From: a virus
Taxonomy: Duplodnaviria; Caudoviricetes
DNA length: 64,000 bases
Virus record (IMG/VR): IMGVR_UViG_3300033121_002239
Span: 1-64,000 of that record
Strand: one strand, 5' to 3'
A program made the translations under genes and the position numbers. Positions 8,739 through 17,901 of the stretch are shown here, one piece after another (the stretch's first letter is position 1; each line of letters starts with the position of its first letter). The notes below the pieces were generated by a model, which saw nothing but the letters and a program-made list of their open reading frames with translations, was not told where the DNA came from and did no database searches.

Positions 8739-9641
8739 ATGCGTACCCTCCCCCTCACCTTCCTTCTTCTCGTGGCGTGCGGCTCCCAAGAGCCCCCCGG
8801 CGCGGCGCCCTGCGTTGGCGGGATGACCATCGTGTGTCCGTGTCCGAACGGGGCGCAGGGGTCGCAGACGTGCCAGTCCGACGGGCGCTTCTCGACCTGC
8901 CTGTGCGCCGATGGCGGGGGGCTGGACGCAGGCGCGGAGGACATCGGGGTCGACGTCGTGGTGGACCGTCCCCCTCCACCCCCCGACCGCGGGACAGTTG
9001 AGGACGTCGGGGTGGAGATGGGGGCCGACGTCTTCGACGCGGGCACCCACGAGGACCGCCCGCAGGAGATCGACACAGGCCACGACGCCGGGGCGGGTGA
9101 GGACGTGGGGGACGCTCCGACGGACGTCGACGCGGGCGCAGTTCTCGACGTCCGCGGCGACGCCGTCGACGTGCCGGGAGACATCAACGGGATGTCATGC
9201 GCGACAGAGGGGGAGCGGCAGTGCGCGGACCCCCACACGATGCGCCTGTGTCGTGGCGGACGGTGGGCGGCCATCCCGTGCGGGGTCGCCGTGGATGGGT
9301 TGCGGGACGAGTGCGCAGCACCCACGAACGCCTGTACGCGAAACCGACTCGCTTCGGGCTCCTCGTGCTCGAACGACACGCAGTGTAGTGACGGCTACGC
9401 CGTGTGCCTCGAAACGGGCTGCATCTGGGGAGCTCCCCTGAGTTCGTGCTTCGACGACACCGACTGCCGTTCGCGCTTCGGAGCGAGCGCTGTGATTCGG
9501 TGTGCGACCGCGACGATCTACAGCACTGCGGCGAGGGTCTGCGTGGACGTGCGGTACGACGTCCGTCCCTGCGTTCACGACCGCCAGTGCTTCACAGGAT
9601 GGCGGTGTAACTATGCTGTAGGAGTCTGCGTCCCACGGTGA
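8739..9641 (+). CDS. Cys-rich lipoprotein 1 (lipobox LVAC; 6-Cys N-domain, DAG-rich linker, 18-Cys C-domain)
   Basis: MRTLPLTFLLLVAC signal; paralog of 20519-21397 and 51522-52328. Confidence 0.85.
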   Translation: MRTLPLTFLLLVACGSQEPPGAAPCVGGMTIVCPCPNGAQGSQTCQSDGRFSTCLCADGGGLDAGAEDIGVDVVVDRPPPPPDRGTVEDVGVEMGADVFDAGTHEDRPQEIDTGHDAGAGEDVGDAPTDVDAGAVLDVRGDAVDVPGDINGMSCATEGERQCADPHTMRLCRGGRWAAIPCGVAVDGLRDECAAPTNACTRNRLASGSSCSNDTQCSDGYAVCLETGCIWGAPLSSCFDDTDCRSRFGASAVIRCATATIYSTAARVCVDVRYDVRPCVHDRQCFTGWRCNYAVGVCVPR

Positions 9642-9726
9642 CGGCACGCCCGACGCGTCCGCAACCCGCCTGCCCTCGGCGCTCGTAGCGGCCGGGCGGG
9701 GAGGATACGGTATGCTCGCAACGAAC

Positions 9727-9993
9727 ATGGCGACCACGAAGACGAAGAAGCCCACGAAGGCACGGAAACTCACGCTGGCGGAGGTCGGACGAGAGGCTGC
9801 GAAGCGGGCGCAGAGGGATACGCTGCTTGCGGAGCTCCGCGCGCAAGACTGGAACCTCTCGGCGGTGGCTCGGGAGCTCGGACTCAGCAACCCCTCAAAC
9901 GTCTTGCGCTCTATCAAAACCCTCGACCTCGACGCCGAGTACGAGGCCGCGAAGGACGCGGGGAAGATCGTCAAAGGCCCGCGCTCTGAATAA
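9727..9993 (+). CDS. Fis-like HTH DNA-binding protein
   Basis: LLAELRAQDWNLSAVARELGL (HTH_8-like); paralog of 22561-22848. Confidence 0.7.
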   Translation: MATTKTKKPTKARKLTLAEVGREAAKRAQRDTLLAELRAQDWNLSAVARELGLSNPSNVLRSIKTLDLDAEYEAAKDAGKIVKGPRSE

Positions 9994-10018
9994 TAGTCAC
10001 CGAAGACAAGATTCACTG

Positions 10019-10046
10019 TTGACTACTAGTCACGGGTGAGTATAGT
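10019..10046 (+). promoter_or_regulatory. Sigma70-like promoter with a palindromic operator over the -35
   Basis: TTGACT-N16-TATAGT; palindrome TGACTA-C-TAGTCA (10020-10032) in an AT-rich island. Confidence 0.7.
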
Positions 10047-10096
10047 TCTCTCGTCCCTTGCGTGACCCGTTCACGTCGCGCGGGACGGAGGACTTC

Positions 10097-10246
10097 GTGT
10101 GGCCTGACGACCTCGACACGACCGACGATGGCGCGCTCCCGTGGGAGCGTGCGTGGATGCCCGAGGGCAGTGAGTATGAGGGAGGAGACGACCCCGACCT
10201 CGGCGCGCACGAGTGGGTGAGCATGACGGCCGGGAGGGCGGCATGA
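10097..10246 (+). CDS. Small acidic peptide (LPWE-x-A motif)
   Basis: RBS GGAGGA then GTG; similar motif and leader to 22950-23180. Confidence 0.5.
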   Translation: MWPDDLDTTDDGALPWERAWMPEGSEYEGGDDPDLGAHEWVSMTAGRAA

Positions 10247-10584
10247 GCCTCACGGAGCTCTTCGAGCACGTCCGCGCGCACGCGACGACCCACGGCCGCA
10301 AGGCCCTCGCGTTGCGTCTCCTGCACGCGCAGGGCGAGGCGCACGGGGGCATCGCCTTCGCGGAGCTCACGCGCGAACTCGGGCGGGAGGTGGGGCGGGC
10401 GACGGACGTGGTAGTCATGGACGTGCAACAGGGGTGGCAGGACATGAACCCCGACACGCTCACCCGCGACGCCCGACACGCGGTGCATCTCGCCCGCATG
10501 GCCCTCGCGGCGGCGGAAGCGATGGAGCGGGAGGTCGAGGCGCACGCGGCCAAGGTCCGACACCACCGGGGCGAGGGGCTGTGA
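10243..10584 (+). CDS. Hypothetical protein
   Basis: ATGA-coupled to the upstream peptide and GTGA-coupled to tnpB. Confidence 0.55.
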   Translation: MSLTELFEHVRAHATTHGRKALALRLLHAQGEAHGGIAFAELTRELGREVGRATDVVVMDVQQGWQDMNPDTLTRDARHAVHLARMALAAAEAMEREVEAHAAKVRHHRGEGL

Positions 10585-11843
10585 TCGTTCGCCGCGGATA
10601 CCGCTATCGCATCTACCCGACGCCCGAACAGGTGGCGCGGTTGGAGGCGTGGGAGGGGGCGCTGAGGTTCCTGTGGAACGTCGCCCATGAACAGCGCCTC
10701 CACGCCTACAGTCGGTGCAAGGTGGATCGTCGGTATCCGACGGCGTTCGAGCAACGACGCGAATTGACGGAGCTTCGCACGGAGCTCCCATGGTTGGCCG
10801 ATGTGCCGCGACACCTGTGCGATAGCGTGCTTGAGTCGTTGGACTCGGCGTGGGAGCGATGCTTTCAGCGACTCGCACGCGAGCCGCGCTTCAAGAGGAA
10901 GGGGCGAGACCCGTCGATCATACACGAGTCCGACGACAGACTGTTCCGTGTCGAGGGCGACGGTCGTCACGCTTCGGTGATCTTCCCAAAGCTCGGAGCG
11001 ATCCGCGCGGTGGTTCATCGTCCCCTCGTCGGCAAGGCGAAGTCCTGCACGCTCACGCGCGACGGGGATCAATGGTTCGCATCGATCTCGTGTGAGCTCG
11101 ACGCCCCCGACCCCACCCCCTCCACGAAGCCGCCCGTCGCCATTGACCGGGGCGTGGCGGTGCTCCTCGCAGACTCCAACCGGCGCACGGTCGAGAACCC
11201 GCGTGTGCTCGAACACCTGCAACCGCGAATCGCTCGCGCGCAGCGCACCGTTGCGCGGCGGGCGAAGGGATCGAAGAACCAGAAGAAGGCACGGGCCAAG
11301 GTCGCGCGGCTCCAGCGCAAGGCCCGTCGTCAGCGTGAGCATCACCTGCACGTCGAGTCGCATCACTACGCCAAGAACCACGGCGCGGTGATCGTCGAGG
11401 CGTTGAAGGTGCAGAACATGACCCGCAGTGCCCGCGGGACCGTCGAGGCGCCGGGGGTGAACGTCGCACAGAAGGCGGGGCTCAACCGCGCGATTCTTGA
11501 CGCAGGATGGGGACGGTTCGCGTCGATGCTGCGCTACAAGGTCGAGGTGGAGGGAGGGCGGGTGATCGAAGTGCCCGCCGCGTACTCCTCGCAGACGTGT
11601 AGCGCGTGCGGCGTGGTCGATGGGGACTCGCGGCGCGAACAGGATGTGTTCCTGTGCATCCACTGCGGCCACCTCGACAACGCCGACGTGAACGCCGCTC
11701 AGGTATTGCTTGCGCGTGGGCTGCACGCGCTCGCCGTGGAAGCCACGGGGACAGGCTGTGGAGGGCTCGCCACCGGGCGCCCGACGAAGCAGCAACGCCG
11801 CGTCGTGAGACGGGGCACTCGGCGCGTCACCGCGTCGAGGTAG
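10581..11843 (+). mobile_element. tnpB: IS200/IS605-family TnpB RNA-guided endonuclease (no tnpA)
   Basis: GYRYRIYPTPEQ, RuvC-I VAIDRG, RuvC-II VIVEAL, Zn ribbon CSACG/CIHCG, RuvC-III NADVNAA; the three catalytic residues appear intact. Confidence 0.92.
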
Positions 11844-11978
11844 TCTTACGGTGCTCGAACCACGACGGCCCGCCCGGGTGGCGTCGCGGCGGGGAGGCGA
11901 CGGCGCCGAAGCGCACCGGGGCGCTCGGGATCGCGGCCGTCGCGCCGAAGGCCAGGAGCAGGAGTCCGAGCGGGTACC

Positions 11979-12566
11979 TCACCGGAGGTTCGCGCGGTCG
12001 AGCTGGAGGTACGCGACGACCTTCGCCATCGACTCCATGAGGGGCGCGTCGGTCGAGACCTCGACCGAGCGCACGCGCGTGTCGGCGAGCGCCCGGTAGC
12101 GTTCGCGCATCGCGTCGCGCCGGGGGTCTTCGTCGAGCGCGGCGAGCGCCGAGGCGACCCGCGGGCGGCTGCGGAGGCGCGCATTGAGCACCGCATCGGG
12201 CGCGGTGAGGAGGACGAGCACGGGCTCAATCCCCATCTCGGCGAGCGTGATCTCCTCGGCGCGCGCGAGCTCGGCGGCCCACCGCGCGCCCGTCACCGCG
12301 TAGCTCGTCCAGTGCGAGCGGTCGAGGAGATGCACGCCCGGGAAGTCGCGGACGAGGCAGTAGATGTGCGCGCGCTCGTACGCGTACCAGTACGCGCGGC
12401 GCACGTCGTCGGAGAGGTCCTTGGGGTCGTAGGGCGTCGCGTGGACGTGCCGATGCACGTGCGCGCCCTTGCCCGTGAGTTCGCCCGCGACGGCGGAGAG
12501 GATCGTGCCCTTCCCCACCGCGTCGGGACCGTCGATCATGTAGAGCGGTTTCATGCGCGGGCTCAA
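11979..12566 (-). CDS. Thymidylate kinase-like P-loop kinase
   Basis: IDGPDAVGKGT P-loop, LLDRS motif, lid L.A.D.VL..RL..R. Confidence 0.7.
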   Translation of the reverse strand: MSPRMKPLYMIDGPDAVGKGTILSAVAGELTGKGAHVHRHVHATPYDPKDLSDDVRRAYWYAYERAHIYCLVRDFPGVHLLDRSHWTSYAVTGARWAAELARAEEITLAEMGIEPVLVLLTAPDAVLNARLRSRPRVASALAALDEDPRRDAMRERYRALADTRVRSVEVSTDAPLMESMAKVVAYLQLDRANLR

Positions 12567-12588
12567 AGCAGAATCCGTGCACGCGCGA

Positions 12589-13002
12589 TCACTCGTCCTC
12601 CGTCGCGTCGTCGCGCTCGACCTCGGAGGCTTCCTCCGCCTCTTCGCACCAGCGGCAGATGAGCTTTGTGTACCCGGAGCACTCGGCCGTCGCCTGGCAG
12701 GTGAGGCACGCGCCCGTCTTGTCGTCGCGGTAGCGTTCGGCCACCTTCGCGCGCCGCTCCGCCAGCGTGGGGAGAGCCGCTTCGGTCGCCCTGGCCTCGC
12801 CCTCGGCCCTGCGCCGCTCCGCTTCTTCGTGCTGCTGGCGCCGCTCCGCCACCACGCGCTCGATCACCGAGGAGTCGAGCACCATCGGGCTGCGTGCGCC
12901 CTCGCTGCGCGGCACGTAGACGTTCGCCGCGAGGAGCCAGAGCCGGAGCTGTTCGCGCGAGATGTTCAGCCGATCGGCCGCCGCGGAGATCGTCTCCGTC
13001 AC
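12589..13002 (-). CDS. HTH protein with C-terminal Cys4 zinc finger
   Basis: TISAAADRLNISREQLRLWL; CLTC...CRWC. Confidence 0.5.
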   Translation of the reverse strand: MTETISAAADRLNISREQLRLWLLAANVYVPRSEGARSPMVLDSSVIERVVAERRQQHEEAERRRAEGEARATEAALPTLAERRAKVAERYRDDKTGACLTCQATAECSGYTKLICRWCEEAEEASEVERDDATEDE

Positions 13003-13694
13003 GGCGACGCCTCGGGCTTCGAGCGTTCGGCCTGCACCTCCGCCCACCGACGAAGCGCGAGTTCGCGCCGCAGCTCCTCGGCGGCGTAGCGACGCAACCC
13101 ACGGTCAATGTACATCACGGTGAGGAACAGCCACGCGCTGAGCGCGAACCCCGTGATGTACGCGCCCAAGTGCGCGACCCCCACGGCGTCGGCCACCGCG
13201 ACGAAACCCGCGACCGCCGTGATGAAGAGGACGAGTTCGTGCAGGAGCGCGCGCCACATCGGGGGCTGCGGGGTCGTGAGGAGCGTGCCCTCTTCGGGGG
13301 TGAGGTCGCGCGCCGTGACCGCGGCCAACACGCGCATCGTGCTCGGCGTGAAGAAGTCGCCCACGTCGAGGGCCTTCCTGTCCGCCGCCGTGAGTTTGTG
13401 CGTCCACATCTCGATCCCCGCGCCGGGCTTGCTCGTACGGACGAACCCCTCCCCGGGCGACTCGTCCGTCACGAGGTCGCGGCCCGCGTCGGTGATCGTG
13501 TAGCGCCGTACGCGGAGGCCACGCCCGTCACGCGGGATGTCCTCGGACGTGAGGAGACCCTGGCCTTCGAGCGTGGCGAGGTGCACGTACACGGTGCCGC
13601 GCTGGAGCGAGCCCTCGGCGCCGTCGACGAGCTCCTGGCCGGTCTTCGGCCCGGTCGTGAGCTGGTGCAGGATCGTGAGGTGAGTGGCGTTCAT
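12999..13694 (-). CDS. PadR-like winged-helix protein with two C-terminal transmembrane helices
   Basis: ILHQLTTGPKTGQEL...RGTVYVHLATLEGQGLL...RRYTITDAGR, followed by two hydrophobic segments. Confidence 0.65.
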   Translation of the reverse strand: MNATHLTILHQLTTGPKTGQELVDGAEGSLQRGTVYVHLATLEGQGLLTSEDIPRDGRGLRVRRYTITDAGRDLVTDESPGEGFVRTSKPGAGIEMWTHKLTAADRKALDVGDFFTPSTMRVLAAVTARDLTPEEGTLLTTPQPPMWRALLHELVLFITAVAGFVAVADAVGVAHLGAYITGFALSAWLFLTVMYIDRGLRRYAAEELRRELALRRWAEVQAERSKPEASP

Positions 13695-13725
13695 GGTCGT
13701 CGCGGGGTCGCAAACCACAGGCCAC

Positions 13726-13935
13726 TCATCCGATGGTGCGCCCTCGAAGGGTTATGGTGAAAGGCACGAGGACGTGAACGGGGCACGCTTGATTCCGCCG
13801 CCTCTCGGCCGCAAGACCACGCGCCCAGAGATCGGCGATCTCGCGGTACGGCGCGGCCTTCTCCAGTGTGGTTCCGTGAACGATCTCCGTCAGAGGAATC
13901 CCGTTGAGGAGATCGTTGTCGTCGGGGGCACTCAT
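13726..13935 (-). CDS. Hypothetical protein
   Basis: Coupled by ATGA overlap within the operon. Confidence 0.4.
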   Translation of the reverse strand: MSAPDDNDLLNGIPLTEIVHGTTLEKAAPYREIADLWARGLAAERRRNQACPVHVLVPFTITLRGRTIG

Positions 13936-14240
13936 GGTGGCGGCGAGATCGCAAGGCCCACGCCACCCGGGGTACACCCGGCGTTGAGGCGCTCGAGCGT
14001 CGCGCGCTCGCCCGCGGCGAGGGCGGGGAGACGCTGGCAGACGAGGACGAGGACGGCCTGAGTGAGCACGCGCACCGAGGCTCGCGCGCCCGTCCCGCCG
14101 CCCGCGTAGCGCCGCACGGTCGACTCGCTCTCGCCCGCGAACGCCGCGACCTCGGCGAGGTCGAGCTCCGCGAGGAGCGCCGCGAGGAGTCGTTGCGCGT
14201 CCGCGTCGAGGGTCTGAGAGGGCTTCGGGCGACGGGCCAT
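13932..14240 (-). CDS. Putative HTH protein
   Basis: LDLAEVAAFAGESESTVRRYAGG. Confidence 0.5.
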   Translation of the reverse strand: MARRPKPSQTLDADAQRLLAALLAELDLAEVAAFAGESESTVRRYAGGGTGARASVRVLTQAVLVLVCQRLPALAAGERATLERLNAGCTPGGVGLAISPPP

Positions 14241-14280
14241 CACCCGTCCCGTGCGCGTCAACGTGGCGCGTGGTTGGCGT

Positions 14281-14868
14281 TCAGTCGTCCTCCTGCTCCG
14301 CGGCGTCGATCGCGAGCGACTCGAAGAAGTCCACGAGGGCCACGACGAGCTCGTCGAGCGTAGCGCACGCTTCGTACCCCCCTTCCCACGCGTCCTCCCA
14401 GGTGTAGAGGTCCCCTTCGGTGCCGTCCGTCCAGCGCACGCGGAGGTGGTAGGCGGTGAAGCGAAGCTCCGGGGGCACGCCGGGCGGATCGGGCAGGAGC
14501 TCGGTCACGAGGATGCGCGCGATCTCGGCGAGCCGCTTCCAGCCGACGCGCGGCGTCCCCGAGTCGGAGCCCCACACCGCATCGAGGAGCGCCACCGCGT
14601 CGGCGGAGAGGGAGGTGGGGGGCTTCGCGCGCGTCGTGGGGTCGAGGCCCTCCGCGGCCGTCATCTCGCCGTCCGACCAGTACGCCCACCGAGCGGTCGC
14701 GTGCGCGAGGTCGGCGGCGACGGCGCGTGTCTCGACGGTCGAGCGCAACGCCACGTCATGTCCCTTGGCGCGGTCGGCGCCCTCGGCGCGCTGCGCGCGT
14801 TCCTCGACATCGCGCTCGCACAGGCCCTCCCGCGGTAGCTCGAAGGGGTGTACGCTCCGCGCGTGCAT
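14281..14868 (-). CDS. Hypothetical protein
   Basis: Natural amino-acid composition; start uncertain. Confidence 0.5.
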   Translation of the reverse strand: MHARSVHPFELPREGLCERDVEERAQRAEGADRAKGHDVALRSTVETRAVAADLAHATARWAYWSDGEMTAAEGLDPTTRAKPPTSLSADAVALLDAVWGSDSGTPRVGWKRLAEIARILVTELLPDPPGVPPELRFTAYHLRVRWTDGTEGDLYTWEDAWEGGYEACATLDELVVALVDFFESLAIDAAEQEDD

Positions 14869-15015
14869 CCCTACCGCACACCCGCTCCCGTCCCGCGATG
14901 GCGGCTCACGCCCTACCGGGCCATCGTGCTTGTCTCGGGCATCGCGGGCTTCGTGGCCCTCGTGTGGATCGTGCGCGTGCTGGGGCGGGTGTTCGAGGCG
15001 TGGCAGGCCGGGTGA
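14863..15015 (+). CDS. Small single-pass membrane peptide, possibly leaderless
   Basis: Not in ORF track. MHPYRTPAPVPRWRLTPYRAIVLVSGIAGFVALVWIVRVLGRVFEAWQAG; TACGCT-N6-GTG upstream. Confidence 0.45.
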   Translation: MHPYRTPAPVPRWRLTPYRAIVLVSGIAGFVALVWIVRVLGRVFEAWQAG

Positions 15016-15041
15016 GAAATCGACAGCCCTCCGTCGATTGT

Positions 15042-15083
15042 CTCTAGAGTCTACTTGACGCGGTAGGCTCTAGAGTCTATCTA
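15042..15083 (+). promoter_or_regulatory. Promoter flanked by two 12-bp direct repeats
   Basis: CTCTAGAGTCTA at 15042-15053 and 15068-15079 around TTGACG (15055-15060). Confidence 0.6.
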
Positions 15084-15132
15084 TCACCTTGCGAGCGGGC
15101 GATGTGCCCGACGCGCGAAGGAGTAGACGACC

Positions 15133-15375
15133 ATGAACACCGCGACCATCGACCACACCGACACCCGCCTCCCTCTCGACGCTCGCCGCCCCGGGCTCCA
15201 CCTCGTAATCCGCCCGACCGCTGACGCGCCGCGCGGACAGACGCTCCCCGCGGCGTTCGGCATCGTGTCGCAGCACACGACGCGCGCCGCGGCCGAGACC
15301 GCGCTCGACGCGCAGTACGACGGCGCCCGCGCACAGGGCGGCTACTGCCGCGACATGATCGTGGTGACCGAGTAG
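15133..15375 (+). CDS. Hypothetical protein
   Basis: RBS GAAGGAG before ATG. Confidence 0.6.
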   Translation: MNTATIDHTDTRLPLDARRPGLHLVIRPTADAPRGQTLPAAFGIVSQHTTRAAAETALDAQYDGARAQGGYCRDMIVVTE

Positions 15376-15446
15376 CCCACTACCCCGCCCCAACACAGCC
15401 GCGCACCCGTGAGGGCCGCGGCTTGGGGCGTTGAGGAGACACGACC

Positions 15447-16460
15447 ATGCAAATCACCAAAACCCTTCTCTTTTCGCACGGTACGAAGATCACCGCGCAC
15501 ACCGTCGAGCTCGCCGTCACCACGACGGACGCGCAGCCGTGGCCGACCGAGGGCACCGAGTGGACCGTCGCGTCACGATGGACGACGGCCGAAGAGGCCG
15601 AGGATGCCGCGCGCAAGCTGATCGCGGACGAAGCCGACGCGCTGCGCCGGGACGGCCTGACGGCGGTCGTGTCGGAAGACGGTCTCGCGGTCGCGTGGGT
15701 GGACGACGCGATCCCGCATCGTCGCCACGCCGTGCGTGTCCGCGAGACGACCGTACGGGTGCCGACCGGGACGCCCACCACCCGCCTTGCCCGCCTCGCG
15801 ATCGAGCTCTCCGGGCTCACGCCCGACCCGCGCTCTCTCGCCGCGCTCGAAGCCGCGGAGCGCGGGGGCGCGACGGACGACACCTTCGCGAGCGCGAAGG
15901 CCGCGACCGAAGACGCGCGCGGTCGTCGCGCCGAGAACGTCGCGCTCGCGATCGAAGCCGCGGTCGGCGCGCAGGTCTTCCCTGGAGCCGAGACTTTTGC
16001 GACGGCAGCCGCGACCCGCGTGATGGACGCGGTGCGGCTGCGTGCTCACGCCGAGCGTGACGCCCAGGTGCGGGCACTCGTCGGGCCCTGGACCGAGGCG
16101 CACGCCGAGACGGAGCGCGCCCGACTGCGGACGCTCCCCGCCGAGCTCGTCGCTGCGCTCGGTCGCGTGCGCGAGGTTCTCCCGGGCTACGAGCCCGACG
16201 AGGACGCGCGGCGCTGGATCGACCGCCCCGAGGTACGCACCTACGAGGTCGAGGGCGCAGGGGCGGATCAGACGGTCGAGGGCACGTCGTCTGAGGATGC
16301 CGCGCACGAGGCCGCTGCGATCCAGTACGGCGCGCTCGGCGCAGTCACGGTGCGCTTCGTCGATCGCGGCTCGGACTCGGCCACGCTCGGCGTCTACGAG
16401 GTCGAGGTGGACGGCGTGCCGCAAGCGCGGCGACTCGTCGTGCGTGAGGCGTCGCGGTGA
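15447..16460 (+). CDS. Hypothetical protein
   Basis: RBS GAGGAG; 337 aa with GC3-biased codons; no family recognised. Confidence 0.65.
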   Translation: MQITKTLLFSHGTKITAHTVELAVTTTDAQPWPTEGTEWTVASRWTTAEEAEDAARKLIADEADALRRDGLTAVVSEDGLAVAWVDDAIPHRRHAVRVRETTVRVPTGTPTTRLARLAIELSGLTPDPRSLAALEAAERGGATDDTFASAKAATEDARGRRAENVALAIEAAVGAQVFPGAETFATAAATRVMDAVRLRAHAERDAQVRALVGPWTEAHAETERARLRTLPAELVAALGRVREVLPGYEPDEDARRWIDRPEVRTYEVEGAGADQTVEGTSSEDAAHEAAAIQYGALGAVTVRFVDRGSDSATLGVYEVEVDGVPQARRLVVREASR

Positions 16461-16720
16461 GCCGCCCCATCTCGGACTGGCGCACGCTCCTCCCGACGCT
16501 CTGGACGACTCTTCGCGCCGACGCGCCCGCATGGGTGTCCGAAGACACCCGAGCACACGCGCAACGCCTTCTCACGGCCCTCACGGCCGACGTCGAGAGG
16601 GCGATCGAGAAGGCCGGGAGCGCGAAGGCCGCCGCAGCCGTGCTCGGTATTGACGCCAACCTGATCAGCCGGTGGCGTCGGGCGAAGATGCTGGCACGGC
16701 CGGATGATGAAGATGCTTGA
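16457..16720 (+). CDS. Small protein with C-terminal HTH
   Basis: SAKAAAAVLGIDANLISRWRR. Confidence 0.55.
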   Translation: MSRPISDWRTLLPTLWTTLRADAPAWVSEDTRAHAQRLLTALTADVERAIEKAGSAKAAAAVLGIDANLISRWRRAKMLARPDDEDA

Positions 16721-16805
16721 AAGGACGCTCGCGCGCCGAGACCCTCGGCGAGTGCGGTCAGCAGTGATGCCGTAAGGCGCTAACGAACCACTGCCTCGTG
16801 TGCGC

Positions 16806-17756
16806 CTACCACGCGAGGCCGCTCCCGAGGAAGGCGGTGAGGCGCTGCGCGTCGGTCATGACGGCCGTGAGCTCCGCTTCGCGCTGTGCAAGCACGTTCC
16901 GCGGCGACGGCCGCTCCGCCCACGTGCGGTCCACGTCGAGGAGCGTTTCGCGGAGGAGGTCGAGCTCGACCGCACGCAGCGCGCCCTCGCCCACGGGCAG
17001 GGCCGCGAGGCCGAGGAGCCGGTTGCGGATGGCGTCGAGGACACCGCCCGCGCCGTTGCCGAGCGTGAGGGCGCTGCGGATCTCGGGCACGGCGCGCTTC
17101 AGGTGCACGAAGGGGAGCACCAGCAGGCTCTCGTCCTGGGAGCCCGTGCCGCCCTCCGTGGTGAAGTCGAGGTCGTCGTAGACCTCGCTGTAGGAGCCGA
17201 GGCGGAGGATTACCTTGCGGTGCGTGGCGTCGCCGTCCGACGCCGCGTCGACCTCGACACTCACGCGCCCGCCCGCGATGCCGATCTCGCGGGCCTCGAT
17301 GCGCGCGACGGGCGCTCCGCCGCCGTCGAGGATCGTGTCCCAGGCGCGCGCGGGCGCCGGGTCCGTGAAGGGGTCGGGGAAGGGCACCGAGTGCTCGCCG
17401 AGGACGATGGGCCCGCGGGTCGTCTCGGCGATGCGCGGCGTGAGGGTCGTGCCGTAGCTCGACTGGTAGACCACCTGCGCGGCTTCGAGGTAGCGGCAGA
17501 GGTTCGTGGCGCGCGTCCAGACCGGGCCCATCGCCGTCGTCCACGCGGTGAGCGCCTCATTGTAAGCCGTATCATCCGCAACGACCGTCGCGCGGAGGCG
17601 TGCGTTGTCGGCGTCGTACGCCGCGCCGATCGCGTTCAAGCGCGCGAGGAGCCCCTGGCCGTAGAGCTTCGCGGGCGCGTCGGCCGCGAGGGAGAGGTGC
17701 GCGAGGGCCGTCACCAGCGCGTCGCGCGTCGTCGTCCAGACGATGACCGAGGGCAC
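16806..17756 (-). CDS. Hypothetical late protein with a possible sheath-domain-like segment
   Basis: Late box upstream; central ARIEAREIGIAGGRVSVEVDAASDGDATHRKVILRLGSYSEVYDDLD resembles an inserted sheath domain. Confidence 0.55.
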   Translation of the reverse strand: MPSVIVWTTTRDALVTALAHLSLAADAPAKLYGQGLLARLNAIGAAYDADNARLRATVVADDTAYNEALTAWTTAMGPVWTRATNLCRYLEAAQVVYQSSYGTTLTPRIAETTRGPIVLGEHSVPFPDPFTDPAPARAWDTILDGGGAPVARIEAREIGIAGGRVSVEVDAASDGDATHRKVILRLGSYSEVYDDLDFTTEGGTGSQDESLLVLPFVHLKRAVPEIRSALTLGNGAGGVLDAIRNRLLGLAALPVGEGALRAVELDLLRETLLDVDRTWAERPSPRNVLAQREAELTAVMTDAQRLTAFLGSGLAW

Positions 17757-17770
17757 GCTTCTCCCCTCCG

Positions 17771-17786
17771 GTCAACCTCGGATGAC
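17771..17786. promoter_or_regulatory. Back-to-back divergent late boxes (AGGTTGAC on minus, CGGATGAC on plus)
   Basis: 14 nt before GTG 17756 and 17 nt before the tape-measure ATG 17804. Confidence 0.6.
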
Positions 17787-17803
17787 ACGGCGGGAAGGGC
17801 GGC

Positions 17804-17901
17804 ATGTTCGACGACGACGAGCTCGACATCGGGCTGCGGGTGACGCTGAAGGATGCGTTCTCCGTCGCTGCGACGAAGATCGAAGGGGCCTGGAAGGGGC
17901 T
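17804..17901 (+). repeat. Left arm of a 98-bp inverted repeat (tape measure 5' end)
   Basis: 95/98 nt identical to the reverse complement of 23884-23981. Confidence 0.9.

Noticed and set aside
8739-9641. Lipoproteins as TraA orthologues or spanins
   Set aside because: No PA14-like domain or MYXO-CTERM tail is visible, they are much longer than o-spanins, and they are not nested in a lysis cassette.
17837-17844. CGGGTGAC inside the tape-measure coding sequence (and its inverted copy) as a late box
   Set aside because: It is explained by the codons CGG GTG ACG, with no downstream purine block or start codon at the expected spacing.
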